A stretch of 64,000 nt of DNA from Desulfobacterales bacterium (GTDB taxonomy: Bacteria; Desulfobacterota; Desulfobacteria; Desulfobacterales; UBA2245), in assembly GCA_040771865.1 (NCBI GenBank), contig JAXGZF010000008.1, forward strand, positions 84,722 through 148,721. Direction: 5' to 3'. This document shows, piece after piece, positions 61,012 through 64,000 of this stretch. Each line of letters starts with the position of its first letter. The first letter of the stretch is position 1. The notes beneath the pieces were generated by a model. The model saw only the letters and a list, made by a program, of their open reading frames with translations. It ran no database searches and was not told where the DNA came from. The translations under genes were made by a program, and so were the position numbers.

Positions 61012-61514
61012 TGTTTCTTGAGCTGTTTCATGACGCGCCGTTTGTACAACTGGCGCTTTAATGGACTGATGCGGTCAATAAAGAGCATTCCCTCGAGATG
61101 ATCGATCTCATGCTGTAATACGATGGCCAGCAGGCCCTCGGCGTCGATTTTCACCGGTTTTCCAGAACGGTCCATACCTTCCACACTGACCGCTTCGGCC
61201 CGCTTGACGTCGGCCCGGAAATCCGGAACGCTGAGGCACCCCTCGGATTCGGAAATCATCGAACCCTCTCTGGTTATGATGCGCGGGTTGATCAACACCT
61301 GGAGGTTGTGCTTGTCGTTCTCCACGATGTCGTAGATGATCAGGCTCAGGTTCACGCCGACCTGTACGGCGGCCAGTCCCAGACCCGGCGCAGCGTACAT
61401 GGTTTCAGCCATGTTGTCCATGAGCCGTTCGAGCTTCTCGTCGATGCCGGCGACCGGAATTGTCTTCTGTTTCAGAATCGGAGCCGGATAGGTAACAATT
61501 TCAAGTTCTGCCAT
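61008..61514 (-). CDS. def: Peptide deformylase
   Basis: GLGLAA.Q, EGCLS, QHEIDHL. Confidence 0.97.
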   Translation of the reverse strand: MAELEIVTYPAPILKQKTIPVAGIDEKLERLMDNMAETMYAAPGLGLAAVQVGVNLSLIIYDIVENDKHNLQVLINPRIITREGSMISESEGCLSVPDFRADVKRAEAVSVEGMDRSGKPVKIDAEGLLAIVLQHEIDHLEGMLFIDRISPLKRQLYKRRVMKQLKKQ

Positions 61515-61796
61515 TTCTTGCCTTTCCAGTAAATCTATAAAAAGCGTTACAAATATAGCACATGATTCAGGAGGTTCAACCCAAATCGATCATATTTCAG
61601 AAACATTGAAAAGAGGAATCGTCTATAATAATCGATTTCTCACTCCTATGGTTTTTGAAACCTTGAGTAAAATCTGACATCAGTTGATGAAAGCGCAGGG
61701 AGAAAACGAAAGGCGGATTGACTATAGAACCCTCGGACCGGTCCGGTTCCGATGGCCCATCCCGATGAAGCGCTACGGGTTTTCATTCAAAAGCCG

Positions 61797-62861
61797 TTAC
61801 GTCTTTTCGGATATTCTTCGAATGTCGATGCCGGTGACCAGGGCTGAAACCCATCCCGCCAGAATCACGGGAAACATCTGCACCGCATGATTGGCCAGGG
61901 TGAATCCGGCCGCATCGGTTGAAGAAACGCCGAAAAGCGACAGGGCGAAGACTCCTCCGGCTTCCCAGAGCCCCCAGAATCCCGGTGCCGAGGGAAGGGC
62001 GATGAAAAAGCAGACAATGATCATCACCGCGGATGCCTCGCTGAAAGACAGGCCGATACCCGGGCTGCCCAGCATCAACAGATAGTAGGAAAGCGCTGAA
62101 AGCAGCCAGATCAGAACAGACAGCACCAGGCACAGGAAGATGCTTCGTGGAAAACGAATCAGGGAAAAACCGCCGGCAACGTTTTCCACCATGCGAACCA
62201 GCGGAACGATGAAGCGCTGCCCGATTCGATTTTGAAAAGAAACGTTGGTGAAAAAAAACAGCCCGGGAAGTTTTTCCAGCATGCGGATCATATGCCTTCG
62301 AGTAAAACCGAGGCTGACCGAGACGATGCCGGCGATCAGCACGAGACTGAGTTTGACCATGCCGGAAAACACCGTTTCCAGAGCGGATCGGTTCAGCGTA
62401 TGTCCAGCGAAATTCAGGCTGATGTCCGGATCGATATCGACGATTGTCATGATTGTTGAAAAGAAAACGATCAGAAGCATCACGTCAAACAGGCGTTCAG
62501 CGGCCACCGTGGCCAGTCCCGTGGTGAAGGGGACTGCCTCCTGCTTTTGAAGAACGATCGGCCTGGCCACCTCGCCGATTCGACCCGGCGCCACGCAGTT
62601 GAGCATGAATCCGATCATCAGCGGATGGAAGGCGTGCCAGAAGCCGACCGGTTTGTTGGCGGCCGCGAGAATGATCTGCCAGCGGAGCGCGCGCAACAGG
62701 AAACTCAACATCACGACCGCCGTCGAAGGAATCACCCAGAGGTACTCAATGGATTTCAGGTAGGCGAGCAGCTCTTGGAAAGGAACATTTCGAAAGGCCA
62801 GATAAAGGGTTGCAACCGATATCGCAACTCCTGCGGCCAGCGTGACGGCACGTTTTTTCAT
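61797..62861 (-). CDS. Lysylphosphatidylglycerol synthase TM-domain (UPF0104) membrane protein
   Basis: RALRW, N..PGRIGE, ERLFD, LPSAPGFWG; multiple TMs. Confidence 0.85.
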   Translation of the reverse strand: MKKRAVTLAAGVAISVATLYLAFRNVPFQELLAYLKSIEYLWVIPSTAVVMLSFLLRALRWQIILAAANKPVGFWHAFHPLMIGFMLNCVAPGRIGEVARPIVLQKQEAVPFTTGLATVAAERLFDVMLLIVFFSTIMTIVDIDPDISLNFAGHTLNRSALETVFSGMVKLSLVLIAGIVSVSLGFTRRHMIRMLEKLPGLFFFTNVSFQNRIGQRFIVPLVRMVENVAGGFSLIRFPRSIFLCLVLSVLIWLLSALSYYLLMLGSPGIGLSFSEASAVMIIVCFFIALPSAPGFWGLWEAGGVFALSLFGVSSTDAAGFTLANHAVQMFPVILAGWVSALVTGIDIRRISEKT

Positions 62862-62876
62862 GGAGCGTTTCCGGAC

Positions 62877-63818
62877 TCATTCGTGATTGGCAAGGATTTT
62901 TCGCGCTTCGACGATGTCGGCTCGAATCTGGCATTTGAGTTCTTCGATGGATGAAAACTTGATTTCATCTCGAATGCGCTCGATAAAGTTGACGCGGATC
63001 TTCTGGTTGTAGAGATCCTGATTGAAGTCCAGAAGATGAACCTCGACGGTATATATCCGGTCTTCAAAGGTCGGACTATATCCGATGTTGGCCACGGCCT
63101 GGTATGTTTTTCCCTGGTATTCGGCGGTAACCGCATAGACGCCGTTTCTGGGGCAGAGCTCATCGTGAAGGCGGATATTGGCCGTGGGAAAGCCCAGCAA
63201 TTTTCCGCCCCGGTTCCGACCGTAAACCACCGTGCCCCGAATCTGGTAGAAGCGGCCCAGAAGGTGCCTGGCTTCAGCAACACGCCCATCCATCACGCAC
63301 TCTCGAATGCGGGTGCTGCTAACCCGGCCCGACCGGATAAAGGAGGCCTGAATCCAGTCCGGAACGATCACATCAAAGTCAAAGCGTTTTGAATATTCCT
63401 TGAGAAACGCGACATCTCCCGTGCGCTCTGCGCCGAAGGTGTAATCCGGTCCGACCACGATTATCTTGGCGCCGATTCGACGGACCAGGATGTCTTCGAC
63501 AAATGTTTCAGCGGAAATGCGGGCGAACTCGAGGGTGAACGGAATGCAGATCAGGACATCAATGCCGGTTTTTTCGATCAGCTCCACCTTTTGCTCATAA
63601 AGAGTAATCAGGGGAGGGCGTCTCTCGGCGCTCAGCACACTGATCGGATGCGGCTCAAAAGTCATTCCGACGGCCGCTCCGCGGATCATTTCGGCCTGCT
63701 GAACCACCTCTCTGAAAAGCGCCTGATGTCCGATGTGAACGCCGTCGAAGTTGCCTATGGTTATGACGGCATTTTTGAATGGATGTTTAATGTTATCAAG
63801 GTGTTCGATGACTTCCAT
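62877..63818 (-). CDS. ribF: Bifunctional riboflavin kinase/FAD synthetase
   Basis: IGNFDGVHIGH, VSSTRIR, LGFPTAN, EVHL. Confidence 0.97.
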   Translation of the reverse strand: MEVIEHLDNIKHPFKNAVITIGNFDGVHIGHQALFREVVQQAEMIRGAAVGMTFEPHPISVLSAERRPPLITLYEQKVELIEKTGIDVLICIPFTLEFARISAETFVEDILVRRIGAKIIVVGPDYTFGAERTGDVAFLKEYSKRFDFDVIVPDWIQASFIRSGRVSSTRIRECVMDGRVAEARHLLGRFYQIRGTVVYGRNRGGKLLGFPTANIRLHDELCPRNGVYAVTAEYQGKTYQAVANIGYSPTFEDRIYTVEVHLLDFNQDLYNQKIRVNFIERIRDEIKFSSIEELKCQIRADIVEARKILANHE

Positions 63819-63846
63819 CTTGTCCGTTCAATCCCGAATTAAACGC

Positions 63847-63875
63847 TTGACACGGCTGGTGAAAGAAAGTATATA
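63847..63875 (+). promoter_or_regulatory. sigma70 promoter of tRNA-Leu
   Basis: TTGACA-N17-TATATA. Confidence 0.65.
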
Positions 63876-63907
63876 GGGCAAACTCAAGCATTAATCAATG
63901 CTTTTGT

Positions 63908-63994
63908 GCCGAAGTGGCGGAACTGGTAGACGCGCTAGGTTCAGGGTCTAGTGAGTGTACGCTCATCGGGGTTCGAGTCCCCGCTTCGGCACCA
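63908..63994 (+). tRNA. tRNA-Leu(CAG)
   Basis: GCCGAAG...CTAGG-TT-CAG-GG-TCTAG, long variable arm, GGTTCGAGTCC, ends ACCA; 87 nt. Confidence 0.96.
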
Positions 63995-64000
63995 AACGAA

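Noticed and set aside
61515..61796. Possible small RNA or 68-aa ORF upstream of def
   Set aside because: No convincing promoter spacing, terminator or recognisable RNA family
1..64000. CRISPR array, rRNA, prophage, integrase or transposase
   Set aside because: No regularly spaced repeat-spacer pattern or corresponding genes seen

Overview
Mostly core chromosome of an anaerobic deltaproteobacterium. The gene content (desulfoferrodoxin-rubredoxin-FprA, c3/c7-type cytochrome, CarD, DUF1844) fits Desulfobacterota, probably Desulfobacterales; the taxonomy is inferred. I call about 57 CDS and three tRNAs (Gln-UUG, Met-CAU, Leu-CAG). Housekeeping blocks: ispE-tRNA-Gln-prs-rplY-pth-hppA, carD-rluD, serA, sfsA, mnmG-dnaJ-like-hpt, and def-fmt-rsmB-rpe-aroQ plus ribF. 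Main points of interest: (1) an exported VWA protein + short PspA/IM30 + membrane protein operon, divergent from an OmpR-type two-component pair with a GTAAAA direct repeat between them, a candidate uncharacterised envelope-stress system; (2) a 10-gene thiol/oxygen-defence cluster with unusual members (FTR with CYC, small tandem-CxxC protein, triheme cytochrome short of one His ligand, ISF-ArsC fusion); (3) a TIGR01212 radical SAM gene head-to-head with mnmG; (4) an orphan probable CTAG m4C methyltransferase in CTAG-poor DNA; (5) an orphan hyaluronan-synthase-like GT2; (6) a cytochrome c with a CX3CH motif; (7) two families of miniature inverted-repeat elements. No CRISPR array, rRNA, transposase or integrase was seen. 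All product calls rest on motifs recognised by eye, not database searches.
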